Below, piece by piece: positions 7,965 to 15,232 of a stretch of DNA of 64,000 bases; positions within the stretch are counted from its first letter, which is position 1; the number at the start of each line of letters is the position of its first letter. The notes beneath the pieces were generated by a model that was given only the letters and a program-made list of their open reading frames with translations, did not search any database and was not told where the DNA came from. A program made the translations under genes and the position numbers. Origin of the DNA: Minisyncoccota bacterium (GTDB lineage Bacteria; Patescibacteriota; Minisyncoccia; Phycocordibacterales; UBA6899); assembly GCA_035583355.1 (NCBI GenBank), contig DATEZQ010000003.1:129844-193843 (forward strand), given 5' to 3'.

Positions 7965-8014
7965 ATCTCGAAAAATTGCGGCGAATAATGCTTCGCATTA
8001 TTCTTGCATTTTTG

Positions 8015-8086
8015 TGCCCCCGCCAGGACTCGAACCTGGGATAACGGTTTCGAAGACCGTTGTGATATCCACTTCACTACAAGGGC
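8015..8086 (-). tRNA. tRNA-Arg (anticodon UCG)
   Basis: Manual cloverleaf: acceptor GCCCUUG/CGGGGGC, anticodon arm ACGGU-CUUCGAA-ACCGU, T-arm CCAGG-UUCGAGU-CCUGG, discriminator A. No encoded CCA. Confidence 0.8.
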
Positions 8087-8238
8087 ATTAATTGTTTAAA
8101 ATACTCTAACCTGGGAAAAGCAAGGCGCTCCGCGCACCAGGCTTGCTTGCCCGATAAGGAGCCGCCACCGCGGCACTGATCAACTCACGCCTTCGCTCTG
8201 CTCAGTCGCTCACGGGTAACGGATTTCTTGACTGTCCC

Positions 8239-8284
8239 GATATCCGCTTCACAACAAGGGCATTAATTGTTTTTTCGAATACTC
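8239..8284. repeat. partial copy of the tRNA-Arg 5' half plus its upstream flank
   Basis: gatatccgcttcacaacaagggcattaattgttttttcgaatactc is about 85 percent identical to 8064-8106, which is the tRNA 5' part plus flank. Confidence 0.65.
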
Positions 8285-8405
8285 AAATTCTTGAAAACTT
8301 GACTGCAAAAACTATGCTCAAAAACGAGCGTAGACACAATATACGTTAAAATGGCTCACTTGCCAAATATTTTAAAATCGGTTAATATACCTCTACAACA
8401 AAAGG

Positions 8406-8476
8406 CGCGGGTATGGTTTAGTGGTAGAATGCGTCCTTGCCAAGGACGAGACGGGAGTTCGATTCTCCCTACCCGC
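8406..8476 (+). tRNA. tRNA-Gly (anticodon GCC)
   Basis: GCGGGUA acceptor, anticodon arm CGUCC-UUGCCAA-GGACG, T-arm GGGAG-UUCGAUU-CUCCC, discriminator A. No CCA. Confidence 0.85.
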
Positions 8477-8484
8477 ACAGCACA

Positions 8485-8707
8485 GAAAAAACAGAGCAAA
8501 GCTCTGTTTTTTCTTTTGTGCTTGCGGGTAGGGAGAATCGAACGGAGAGGGGTCGGGAGAGGAAGCCTCTCCCGTCTAGGAGAGCAGGAGTTTCTTGTTT
8601 CACAAGAAACCCCGTCGAGAACCGTGGGTTCTCGAAGAACTTTGCCGTGCGGGCCCCTTTAGGGTGCGCGAGCAAAGTTCGTGAGATCTCTCCCCTCCCT
8701 ACCCAGG
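8485..8707. repeat. tRNA-3'-end-mimic element A, downstream of tRNA-Gly(GCC)
   Basis: Terminator hairpin at 8491-8505 with flanking A and T runs. Perfect 20/20 inverted copy of the tRNA 3' end at 8523-8542. Hairpins cgagaaccgtgggttctcg and gtgcgggcccctttagggtgcgc. Degenerate direct copy of the tRNA 3' end at 8677-8707. The core is about 75 percent identical to element B in the opposite orientation. Confidence 0.7.
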
Positions 8708-8750
8708 CAAAGCCTGGCTAGGGAGTCCCTGATGTTCCTGGGTTTGTTCA

Positions 8751-9353
8751 GTTGTCCTTTATCCCCACTCTCCACAGCCTTATACACAGACAAAGTGTGG
8801 AAAAACTCACTCAGCTCGTATCCTTCAATGAATTTTTGTTGCTATTGAGCCACTTCACAAAGGACACTGTGGACAACCCTGTGGATAGCGGGGATAACTA
8901 TCATGCAAATGTGGAGTTCGATAGAAGTTTTCCCTAATTTCCGGAAATTTGGCTGTTCCCACCATTACTCAATTGTCTGCCCCCTGCCTCCTCCGATTTG
9001 GCCCATGTCTCTTTGATTTGCCATAGCTCCTTGATCTTATGTGCCTATACACATCATATGCCTAGGTGGTGGGGAAAACTCTGTGGATAGTGGGGATAAA
9101 GGACAAATTAGGGTATTTCCTCACGGAATTGCGATTCCTGGGGCTTTATGCTACAGTAGCGCACCTCTGAGTTCTCAGACAATGTGTGGAAAAATGGAGC
9201 AGCATCCTCGCTATTCCATAGAAATCTTATATTTTAGCCGATATTTTGCCTGTATCTGGGGATAACCCTGTGGATAGTGGGGATAAAGGACATTGATTAT
9301 CTTTGAATTCCTCAATGCACAGTCTTTGCTATTGATATACATAGTTATCCACA
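8751..9353. other. candidate chromosomal replication origin (DnaA-box cluster plus AT-rich region)
   Basis: Four copies, one inverted, of a 26-bp repeat of the form ctgtggatagYggggataaaggacaa at 8751-8779, 8877-8900, 9081-9106 and 9258-9295. TGTGGATAG is 8/9 of the DnaA box TGTGGATAA. Extra TGTGGAAAA boxes. A perfect TTATCCACA at 9345-9353 followed by aatataatttatatttaaaa. Confidence 0.5.
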
Positions 9354-9391
9354 TAATGAATATAATTTATATTTAAAACCGCGAAATACAT

Positions 9392-10445
9392 GTTTCACGG
9401 GAAACAAATTGATATATAATGGGTATATGGATCACAGGATGAGTAATACCGAGGTTGGCACTATGGGTGAAACACTTGCAGTCCGCTATCTCAAATCAAA
9501 GGGATTCTCCATTCTCGCGAAAAACTTTAATATCCCTGGTGTTGGCGAGATCGACATTATCGCTCACTGTGACGGCACTTTTCATTTTGTCGAGGTGAAA
9601 TCCTCATATTCCTTCTCGCTAAACAGTGAATATCACTCTTCTCGTAACTTTGATGATGCGAAAAAGCAACGTATTGCACGAGTTATGCGGAAATACTGTG
9701 ATTTGTATAAGATCGATAGCCCTCGAACTGTAAGCCTCTGCGTTATTTCCTTTTCACGTGAAACATATGATGCTCGCGTATTTTTTGACCCTTTTGTACT
9801 GGTTGACACTATTTGATTTCACGTGAAACGTTGGGACTTGGTTTCATACGAGTGTAATAATATATATTAATTTGGTATTCGAGCTCTGTATTTTCAGCCG
9901 GATTATTGCGCCTGCACGTTTCCCTACTGAAATAGACATTGCTCACCAGGAATCGCTGCAAAATCTGTATGTGGGTCATTACGTAACATGCCATACCCCT
10001 TCCGCTGTGTACTTGAGTATTCTGCATATAATCCAGTTTTCACGTGAAACAAATTGGATATGTGATATCCATAAACAGCCAGACGTTCATGTTCCAGCAA
10101 TGTGTTACGTAGGAACATTATGGTTTCATGTGGAACATGTGATTCTTGGTATTTTGTATTTGATCACTAAGAATGTGTAATAATTACAATTCATGAATAC
10201 CTATTCAGAAGCATATTGTAGCAAATGACCGTTGCGAAGTGTTCAGTACTGTTTCACGTGGAACAGGACATGTCGATCAATGCAATAGCTAAGCTGACCG
10301 TGATCATTGGTCTATGTAGTGCTATGGCTGCTCAGGTATGCATGGATTCTTATATGGCAATTGATATTCTGAATATTTTCTGGAGAACTGCGTGGTTGCA
10401 GAAAGTGATATTGCTGCAAGTTGGTCATTATGTTTCGCGTGAAAC
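9392..10445. repeat. array of 7 copies of the 14-bp palindrome GTTTCACGTGRAAC
   Basis: Copies at 9392-9405, 9751-9764, 9815-9829, 10036-10050, 10123-10136, 10251-10264 and 10432-10445. 9817-10620 is AT-rich with no convincing ORF. Confidence 0.7.
9409..9816 (+). CDS. YraN/UPF0102-family endonuclease-like protein
   Basis: GETLAVRYLKSKGFSILAKNFNIPGVGEIDIIAH...FVEVK. The true start is probably at an internal Met (9439 or 9463). Confidence 0.7.
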   Translation: MIYNGYMDHRMSNTEVGTMGETLAVRYLKSKGFSILAKNFNIPGVGEIDIIAHCDGTFHFVEVKSSYSFSLNSEYHSSRNFDDAKKQRIARVMRKYCDLYKIDSPRTVSLCVISFSRETYDARVFFDPFVLVDTI

Positions 10446-10624
10446 AGAAAATAGGCAATATTCATATGCATTGTTGAGTTACTACGTAACCATTGTAAAC
10501 ATAATTATTATTGTCTGAAAATATTCTTTGTACTATATTTTTCATTATCATTTTATAATAGGCGTAAGCAATAAAGTCTTATGTCCTTTATTTCCACTGC
10601 TGAAATTTTTGTGGTATAATGTAA

Positions 10625-10969
10625 GTGTCTTATAGGGAACTTGTTCCAATTATGTCACATCATCCATTACTCATTGTCAAGGCACGTCATGTAGTTCGCC
10701 ATTCGCATCTTAGTGATGAGGATAAGCAGCTCATGTTTGAGCGCATTCCATATCTTGATCTTGGAATGCTCGCTCTTTTCATTGAGTCTGCTGAAGAGAA
10801 TCCATTTGCACTTGATGCAATTGTGAGTAGTATGAAAAAGAAGCTTGATGCTCGAGGTAATCTCCACCGTTTACATGAGATCCTCGAGAATGAAGAAAAG
10901 GAAATCGCTGACGAGGAAGGAGATGAGACACTTCCGGGTGTTGAATTGAATAATAGCGCAGCAATCTAG
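10625..10969 (+). CDS. hypothetical protein
   Basis: ORF preceded by TGTGGTATAAT, an extended -10. Probable start at MSHHPLL. No family recognised. Confidence 0.4.
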   Translation: MSYRELVPIMSHHPLLIVKARHVVRHSHLSDEDKQLMFERIPYLDLGMLALFIESAEENPFALDAIVSSMKKKLDARGNLHRLHEILENEEKEIADEEGDETLPGVELNNSAAI

Positions 10970-10980
10970 CGAATATCTAT

Positions 10981-12000
10981 ATGAAAGAGCATTTAAACAA
11001 TCCAGAAGAGGAAATGTTTGCAGCATATGGTGAAGACCTTGGCGAGGCTCCACAAGGGGAGTCTGTTGAGGCTGAGCAGCAGTCTGCGGGAGAGGTCCTT
11101 GAGGATTCTCCTATTTCTGACGCTGATCGATATGCAGAGCAGGTGCTCGCGGGCCATTCTCCCGAAGAGAGGGCTGCTGTGGAGAGTATAGTTTCCTCTA
11201 TTGAGAACGTGTACGCAAAGGTAAGTTCTGATGACGTCTTGACCCGAGAAAAAGCTACGGAGGCTTTGCTGGGAACTGCGTTTGCAGCTGCACCAACCAC
11301 AGCCATGGGGCATGAGCAGGAACCATTGTGGAAGAAGGTTCTTACAGGGGCTTCACGGGGTGCCCACGGTGCAGTGAAGGCTCTGGCACTTACTGCAACT
11401 CTTGCAGCTCCTGCTGCAGCACAGGATTACAAGCATCCTAGCCCTGAGATTACTAAAAAAGTTGATTATATATTTGGATCGAGCATTATGGAGCGATTTG
11501 GTGATAGGCGTGGTCACTATAAGAAAGCCTATACAAATCTTGAGGTGCGAAAGAAATTTCTCATCCAGCAGCTTCATGATTTAACTGATGCTCGTCCAAG
11601 AAATACTGCAGAGGAGACTCATATTTTGCGTGTTGAGGCTGATCGTGATGCGAAGCTCGCAGCCCTCCGTGTCGAGCGTACGCTTGAAACTATGTCATTT
11701 GAGAGTCTGCATTCAAATAATCCTGTAGATAAGGCACAGTATGAGGCGAATATTGCCTCGATTGCTGCAAGAGAGGCTAGGGCAATAGAGGAGTGTGAGG
11801 CACAGCTGCTTGCAGAGCATCGTAAGGCGGTTCCAGTAAAGGAGGTTGAAGACTTGCGAAGAGAAATCATTCGAATTGAGAAGAGTGAGGATGAGATTGT
11901 CCAAAGATTCCTCGCGACCCGAAATAACTCGTATAGTTACGGCTCAAGCTGGGGGTTTGGTGGTGGAAGAAACTGGACGCAGTGGGATGGGTATAAATAA
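10981..12000 (+). CDS. hypothetical acidic, coiled-coil-rich protein
   Basis: 339-aa ORF, no family recognised. The ORFs overlapping it on the opposite strand were judged spurious. Confidence 0.5.
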   Translation: MKEHLNNPEEEMFAAYGEDLGEAPQGESVEAEQQSAGEVLEDSPISDADRYAEQVLAGHSPEERAAVESIVSSIENVYAKVSSDDVLTREKATEALLGTAFAAAPTTAMGHEQEPLWKKVLTGASRGAHGAVKALALTATLAAPAAAQDYKHPSPEITKKVDYIFGSSIMERFGDRRGHYKKAYTNLEVRKKFLIQQLHDLTDARPRNTAEETHILRVEADRDAKLAALRVERTLETMSFESLHSNNPVDKAQYEANIASIAAREARAIEECEAQLLAEHRKAVPVKEVEDLRREIIRIEKSEDEIVQRFLATRNNSYSYGSSWGFGGGRNWTQWDGYK

Positions 12001-12020
12001 AAGAGCACAAGTGCTCTTTT
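12001..12020. terminator. bidirectional terminator
   Basis: aagagcacaagtgctctt hairpin plus T-run. Confidence 0.6.
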
Positions 12021-12360
12021 ATTTTTTTTCGACTTCGTCAACATACTCGAGGAAGAGTCTTTCGTCGAACCCTCCACGTTTTTCGCGTTTACTAATTTTC
12101 TTTGCAGAAAGCTCCTCTTTGTCGATCTGGTGGGCAAGGATGATTGCGTCGACAAGCTCAAGTAAGTCTGAGAGTTCGCCGATGATATCTTCTTTGCTTT
12201 TTGCCTCAAGGAGTTCCATTGCCTCCTCAATAACTTTTTGTTTAAGCGCGAGTGCAAATTGTTCATCATTCAGAATCGAGATCTTTGGTGTAGCATTGTC
12301 TGCCGTAATGATTTCGGGAATTCGATCTCGGATAAGTTTGTTGTAGGTGATGCGGGGCAT
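12019..12360 (-). CDS. MazG-like / phosphoribosyl-ATP pyrophosphohydrolase-like NTP pyrophosphatase
   Basis: Start MPRITYNKLIRDRIPEII..., about 113 aa. The upstream part of the ORF overlaps element B and is not coding. Confidence 0.55.
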   Translation of the reverse strand: MPRITYNKLIRDRIPEIITADNATPKISILNDEQFALALKQKVIEEAMELLEAKSKEDIIGELSDLLELVDAIILAHQIDKEELSAKKISKREKRGGFDERLFLEYVDEVEKK

Positions 12361-12435
12361 GAGTATAGTGTAGCATATGGAGAAGGAGAAGAGGAGAAGA
12401 GGGGAGCAAGCGTTGCTTGCGAAGAATACGAGAAG

Positions 12436-12714
12436 CGCACCCTTTGGGTGCGGCCGGGGAATCGAACAAACTTTTCTCGCGCACTCCAGAGGAGCCTCGC
12501 GCGGAAAAGTTAAGACCGGGCAATCGAACAATCACTTGTTCGCGCACCCCGGAGGGGCCCCGCACGACAAGTGATTTCGAGAACCCACGGTTCTCGACGC
12601 TCGAGGACTCGCTGCTCTCCTACGCAAGAGAGGTACCCTCTCTTGGCATCTCTCCGTTCGAATCCCGGCGCCCCTAATAAAAAAGAAAAACTCCCTGAGG
12701 AGTTTTTCTTTTTT
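12436..12714. repeat. tRNA-3'-end-mimic element B, downstream of tRNA-Pro
   Basis: Direct degenerate copy at 12450-12467 (gcggccggggaatcgaac). Core hairpins gagaacccacggttctc and gcaccccggaggggccccgc. Perfect 19/19 inverted copy of the tRNA-Pro 3' end at 12656-12674. Terminator hairpin aaactccctgaggagttt at 12679-12714. Confidence 0.7.
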
Positions 12715-12718
12715 ATTG

Positions 12719-12791
12719 TCGGGGCGCCGGGATTCGAACCCGGAGTCATCCGCTCCCAAAGCGGACATGTTAGCCGTTACACCACGCCCCG
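12719..12791 (-). tRNA. tRNA-Pro (anticodon UGG)
   Basis: CGGGGCG acceptor, anticodon arm UCCGC-UUUGGGA-GCGGA, T-arm CCGGG-UUCGAAU-CCCGG, discriminator A. No CCA. Confidence 0.8.
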
Positions 12792-12859
12792 ATATTTCTC
12801 TTTTATACACTTCGGTCATGACAGTCATCCGCTCGCATAAACTGATATGCGGCCATTAT

Positions 12860-12876
12860 GCCACGCCCCGATGTCT
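12860..12876. repeat. short partial copy of the tRNA-Pro 5' end plus flank
   Basis: gccacgccccgatgtct resembles accacgccccgatatttct at the tRNA 5' end (12781-12799). Confidence 0.4.
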
Positions 12877-13000
12877 TTGTGGGCTCAAGCTCACGTTGTT
12901 GCATATTATCATAGTTTCTAAAAAACGCTAGTCCTATTTATTGCACAATAAATTCCTCAGCATGCTTGTGTGCTTTTCAAAATGCAGTACCATTATTAGT

Positions 13001-13456
13001 ATGAAATTGAATTTTCGCATGAGTGTATGGAGCCTCTTGTTGCTCGCTGCGTTCTTCCTCGCTGCACACCCTGAGCTCTTAGAATTCAAGTTCACTCCAC
13101 GTAGATATAATGTACTTCATGCTGTTGTTCGTGAAGGAGTTGCGAATGATCAATCATGGGCAATTACTCGAATTGCATTCTCTCCTGAAAAGATTCCGTT
13201 TGTAAAAATCCAAAACAGAAATCGTTCATTGCGCGCTTTCTTCTATAATGATGCGCTTTACGTTGAGCAGCACGAGCCGAGAGAAGTGTTTTTGATTTCG
13301 GGAAATTTCTGGACTGAACCAGATATAAAAAATATTCATTTTACAGATACGATGACACTTTTTGTTCGTGGTGTTACTGCGCAGTATGGAGTCCAAGTTC
13401 CGATTGTGCTGCGCATTCATCTTGATACTGGTGTTATCGAAATGATTCAGTCATAG
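13001..13456 (+). CDS. hypothetical secreted protein
   Basis: Signal-peptide-like N-terminus MKLNFRMSVWSLLLLAAFFLAAHP. Confidence 0.5.
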   Translation: MKLNFRMSVWSLLLLAAFFLAAHPELLEFKFTPRRYNVLHAVVREGVANDQSWAITRIAFSPEKIPFVKIQNRNRSLRAFFYNDALYVEQHEPREVFLISGNFWTEPDIKNIHFTDTMTLFVRGVTAQYGVQVPIVLRIHLDTGVIEMIQS

Positions 13457-13460
13457 CACT

Positions 13461-14102
13461 ATGTCCAAATTTGCTACACAAGAATTACGAAAAAAATATG
13501 CGGGGCAGACGCTTCTGAAACTCAAGAAGCTTTTTCCGAATGCGCGCATGTTTTTGAATTACGAAACACCATTTGAGTTACTTGTTGCGGTGATGCTTTC
13601 TGCGCAGTGTACAGATAAAAAAGTGAATGAAGTTACACCAGCTCTATTTGAAAAATACAAAACAGTTGATGACTATGCGAGAGCATCCATTAAGGATCTC
13701 GAGCGACTTGTATACCAAACAGGGTTTTATCATGCCAAGGCAAAGCATATCAAAGAGGCGGCCAAGGTCGTGCGTGATGAGTTCAAGGGACAGCTCCCTC
13801 GCACAATGAAAGACATGTTGCGGATTCCTGGAGTGGGGAGAAAGACTGCGAACGTGGTGCTTGGAAATATATATGGAGTAAGCGAGGGGATTGCTGTTGA
13901 TACGCATGTGCGTCGACTGTCGTATGTACTCGGTTTTTCAAAGGAAAAAGCAATTCCTGCAATCGAGCGGGATCTTATGAGGCTCTTTCCTCGAAAGGAG
14001 TGGTTTCGCCTTACCTATTATCTTATAGAGTATGGGAGACTGTATTGTCCCGCAAAAAAGCATGACCATAGTATGTGCCCACTTGGCCATATCGATGGAT
14101 AA
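13461..14102 (+). CDS. nth: endonuclease III (HhH-GPD DNA glycosylase)
   Basis: LLVAVMLSAQCTDKKVN...IPGVGRKTANVVL...VDTHVRRL, plus a C-terminal Cys cluster. Confidence 0.85.
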   Translation: MSKFATQELRKKYAGQTLLKLKKLFPNARMFLNYETPFELLVAVMLSAQCTDKKVNEVTPALFEKYKTVDDYARASIKDLERLVYQTGFYHAKAKHIKEAAKVVRDEFKGQLPRTMKDMLRIPGVGRKTANVVLGNIYGVSEGIAVDTHVRRLSYVLGFSKEKAIPAIERDLMRLFPRKEWFRLTYYLIEYGRLYCPAKKHDHSMCPLGHIDG

Positions 14103-14383
14103 GCATTGCTTGAACTCCACCTTGCAGTTAATTTGCATTTGCAAATAAGTATCGTTAAACAGTTTCGCTCCTGTGCCGCTTGTGTAACATGTTAATTTAA
14201 CTATCGAATTGCTACATATTGTGCCGTGTAACACATGTAATTACGTAGCAGAGAGTGAAAAGTGCACTTTTGTGTGCTGTGAAACACCTTTCTGAGGTTA
14301 GGGTGCATTTGAGCCATGTTTCACATTACGCAGAAGAATTTCCCTTACACGCATAATAAAAACGCGACATAGTCGCGTTTTGT

Positions 14384-14824
14384 TCACTTAGCATATTCAG
14401 GTGACATGGTCGATGGACGAGGGGTAATCATGTCGCCCTTACGGTCTAGGATTGATTTGAAGATTTCAGTAATAGTGAAACCAAGATGTACGACAAGCAC
14501 AATGATGAGCTGAGATTCTGGGTGTGTGTAGATGTAATTCAGCTGTGCGCAGTGCGGGCAGCGCAAGGAGCAGGTTTGGGGTTCGGAGGGGTGCCATCGC
14601 CCTCTTGTCGAAGTTGGAAGGGGGCCACTGTAGAAGTGGTCTTGGACGAAGTCTGCAGAGCCCAGTGTGAAACATTGGGAGCACTGCACGCAGTGCACGG
14701 TGCACTCCTTTGCGATAGCAAGTTTTTGGGAATGAAGATTCGACCTCATCTCCTGAGGCGTGTCACCTGATGCGGTGGTAATCCTTAGAATGCGATTGAG
14801 TGTATCGGTCACGAGAGACTCCAA
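14384..14824 (-). CDS. hypothetical Cys-rich protein, possible zinc ribbon
   Basis: CVQCSQC and CPHC motifs. Start uncertain. Confidence 0.3.
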   Translation of the reverse strand: MESLVTDTLNRILRITTASGDTPQEMRSNLHSQKLAIAKECTVHCVQCSQCFTLGSADFVQDHFYSGPLPTSTRGRWHPSEPQTCSLRCPHCAQLNYIYTHPESQLIIVLVVHLGFTITEIFKSILDRKGDMITPRPSTMSPEYAK

Positions 14825-14966
14825 AAAGGTTCCGCAGTAAAACTAGCACAGTAGGAGGCTCAGTCAAGGATGTAAGTGAGACAATCTGCTCCATTGCAAA
14901 ATTCGAAATTTTTGCTAGTATGACACTACATTCATGAAGTGAGTGCAGAGGTAAAACTAAGAACCT

Positions 14967-15002
14967 AAGGTTCTGTATCAAATAATATGCGGGTGTAGTT
15001 TA
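14967..15002. repeat. exact 36-bp copy of the tRNA-Gly(UCC) 5' end plus upstream flank
   Basis: aaggttctgtatcaaataatatgcgggtgtagttta is identical to 15133-15168. Confidence 0.8.
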
Positions 15003-15154
15003 CCCCAGAAAGGAAGTGCGTAGCAATTCCTTGAGTTGCTGTGAATCGCGGAGGCGATTCCTTAGGGGGCAAGAACGCCTGGTTCGCGGAGCGACGTTCT
15101 TAATCGTAAAACTTCTTGTGGTTTGAGAATCAAAGGTTCTGTATCAAATAATAT

Positions 15155-15225
15155 GCGGGTGTAGTTTAGTGGTAAAACTCCTGCCTTCCAAGCAGGTGTC
15201 GGGGGTTCGATTCCCCCTGCCCGCA
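15155..15225 (+). tRNA. tRNA-Gly (anticodon UCC)
   Basis: GCGGGUG acceptor, anticodon arm CCUGC-CUUCCAA-GCAGG, T-arm GGGGG-UUCGAUU-CCCCC, discriminator A. No CCA. Confidence 0.85.
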
Positions 15226-15232
15226 CAACAAA

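Noticed and set aside
8351-8721. ORFs 8351-8662, 8437-8721 and 8469-8675 (and 12377-12840 equivalents) overlapping tRNA genes and repeat elements
   Set aside because: They cover tRNA and hairpin-repeat sequence. The shared FENPRFST peptide is just a translation of the conserved hairpin. No start or RBS context.
8522-8730. tmRNA, RNase P RNA or SRP RNA as the identity of the tRNA-adjacent structured elements
   Set aside because: There is no tmRNA tag ORF or 5' GGGG...UUCGAC partner. RNase P CR-I/II/IV/V motifs (GGAAAGUCCGGGCUCC, AGGGUGAAA) are absent and SRP domain IV is absent. The 3' tRNA-like end is a copy of the neighbouring tRNA rather than a conserved Ala-type acceptor.
8752-9265. ORFs 8752-8937 and 9041-9265 inside the DnaA-box region
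   Set aside because: They translate the repeat units themselves (NPVDSGDNY and ENSVDSGDKGQ arise from the same 26-mer). The region is better explained as non-coding.
9392-10445. Possible CRISPR array suggested by the repeated 14-bp motif
   Set aside because: The repeats are short perfect palindromes with irregular spacing (about 60 to 370 bp), with no constant-length spacers and no cas genes. One copy lies inside a CDS.
9817-10620. Short ORFs (9809-10027, 9872-10180, 9924-10118, 10225-10518) in the palindrome region
   Set aside because: AT-rich, mutually overlapping in different frames, with no RBS or promoter logic and peptides dominated by the palindrome translation.
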